Source: Candidatus Saccharimonadales bacterium (GTDB taxonomy: Bacteria > Patescibacteriota > Saccharimonadia > Saccharimonadales > Saccharimonadaceae). Taken from it: a stretch of DNA of 64,000 bases. The translations under genes and the position numbers were made by a program. Of this stretch, positions 63,722 through 64,000 are shown piece after piece. Location of the stretch: the NCBI GenBank assembly GCA_035317825.1, contig DATHGB010000027.1:19579-83578 (forward strand). Reading direction: 5' to 3'. Numbering within the stretch: position 1 is the stretch's first letter; each line of letters begins with the position of its first letter. Below the pieces are notes generated by a model. That model did no database searches. It was not told where the DNA came from and worked only from the letters and a program-made list of their open reading frames with translations.

Positions 63722-64000
63722 ATGTCTGCAACTACAACCAAATTTTACCGAACCGCCGAAAGCGTGTCGCCCGGACATCCTGACAAGATTGCTGATCAGA
63801 TATCTGACGCGATTTTGGACGCGCATTTAGCCCAGGATCCCAAGGCGCGCGTGGCGGTGGATGTCGCGGGTGGTCACGGTAAGATTTTCGTGACCGGCGA
63901 AGTAACCTCAAAAGCAAAAAACGTTGACGTATCCGCAATTGTAAAGCGTTTAGCGGGCAATGTTGAAGTGATTGAGCATATTGCCGCGCAGAGTCCCGAG
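63722..64000 (+). CDS. metK: S-adenosylmethionine synthetase, N-terminal 93 codons (runs off window)
   Basis: Hand translation [36 protein letters not shown].., containing the '[16 protein letters not shown]' hallmark. Absent from the ORF track because there is no stop inside the window. Confidence 0.95.
   Translation, partial: MSATTTKFYRTAESVSPGHPDKIADQISDAILDAHLAQDPKARVAVDVAGGHGKIFVTGEVTSKAKNVDVSAIVKRLAGNVEVIEHIAAQSPE

Noticed and set aside
63554-63938. Two minus-strand track ORFs (63554-63826, 63732-63938)
   Set aside because: They overlap the SAM-I riboswitch and the unmistakable metK N-terminus on the plus strand, so they are spurious.
1-64000. Mobile elements, CRISPR arrays, tRNA/rRNA/tmRNA/RNase P genes
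   Set aside because: No transposase, integrase or Cas motifs were seen, and no spaced direct repeats. The largest non-coding gaps are about 200 nt and are occupied by promoters, terminators or the riboswitch. No cloverleaf-like sequences were noticed, but this was not a computational scan.

Overview
Gene-dense (about 75 protein genes, roughly 90% coding), mostly housekeeping bacterial chromosome segment. It uses the standard genetic code: UGA serves as a stop, and both RF1 and RF2 are encoded.

Recognisable content:
- Aminoacyl-tRNA synthetases: ileS (partial), proS, lysS, serS, glyQS.
- Ribosomal proteins: L21, L31, S2, L27.
- Translation, transcription and secretion: tsf, frr, prfA-prmC, prfB, greA, hpf, secA.
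- Division and envelope: parAB, lepB, murD, uppS, rseP, an ftsEX + coiled-coil/CHAP hydrolase + ctpA cluster, an LCP protein, a sortase-like gene.
- DNA/RNA maintenance: xseAB, recO, rnhA.
- metK (partial), preceded by a clear SAM-I riboswitch.

I recognised no tRNA, rRNA, CRISPR array, transposase or integrase.

The compactness, several shortened housekeeping proteins, loss of pyrH/cdsA from the conserved rpsB...proS cluster, and Gram-positive-type envelope genes fit a small-genome lineage such as Patescibacteria/Saccharibacteria. This is inference only.

Most notable observations:
1. Four short segments look GC-richer by eye: 3.07-4.5 kb, 21.36-22.1 kb, 40.75-40.96 kb and 56.5-57.1 kb. Each is a one- or two-gene unit driven by an AT-rich local promoter and closed by a GC-rich hairpin. 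One is a processive GT2 polysaccharide synthase plus a 77-aa membrane peptide. One is a 45-codon hydrophobic-peptide ORF that falls below the ORF-track cutoff.
2. A decayed second copy of the tsf 3-prime end lies about 380 bp downstream of tsf, marking an insertion or rearrangement in the slot normally held by pyrH.
3. Many genes have a -10 box 6-10 nt from the start codon, suggesting leaderless mRNAs. This includes a 22-bp divergent intergenic region whose palindrome supplies a -10 hexamer for both strands.
4. A padR-pspC-MacB-type ABC operon.
5. A nucleotide-phosphate cluster with two CYTH paralogues, one translationally coupled to RNase HI.

All GC statements are by-eye estimates. No database search was possible.
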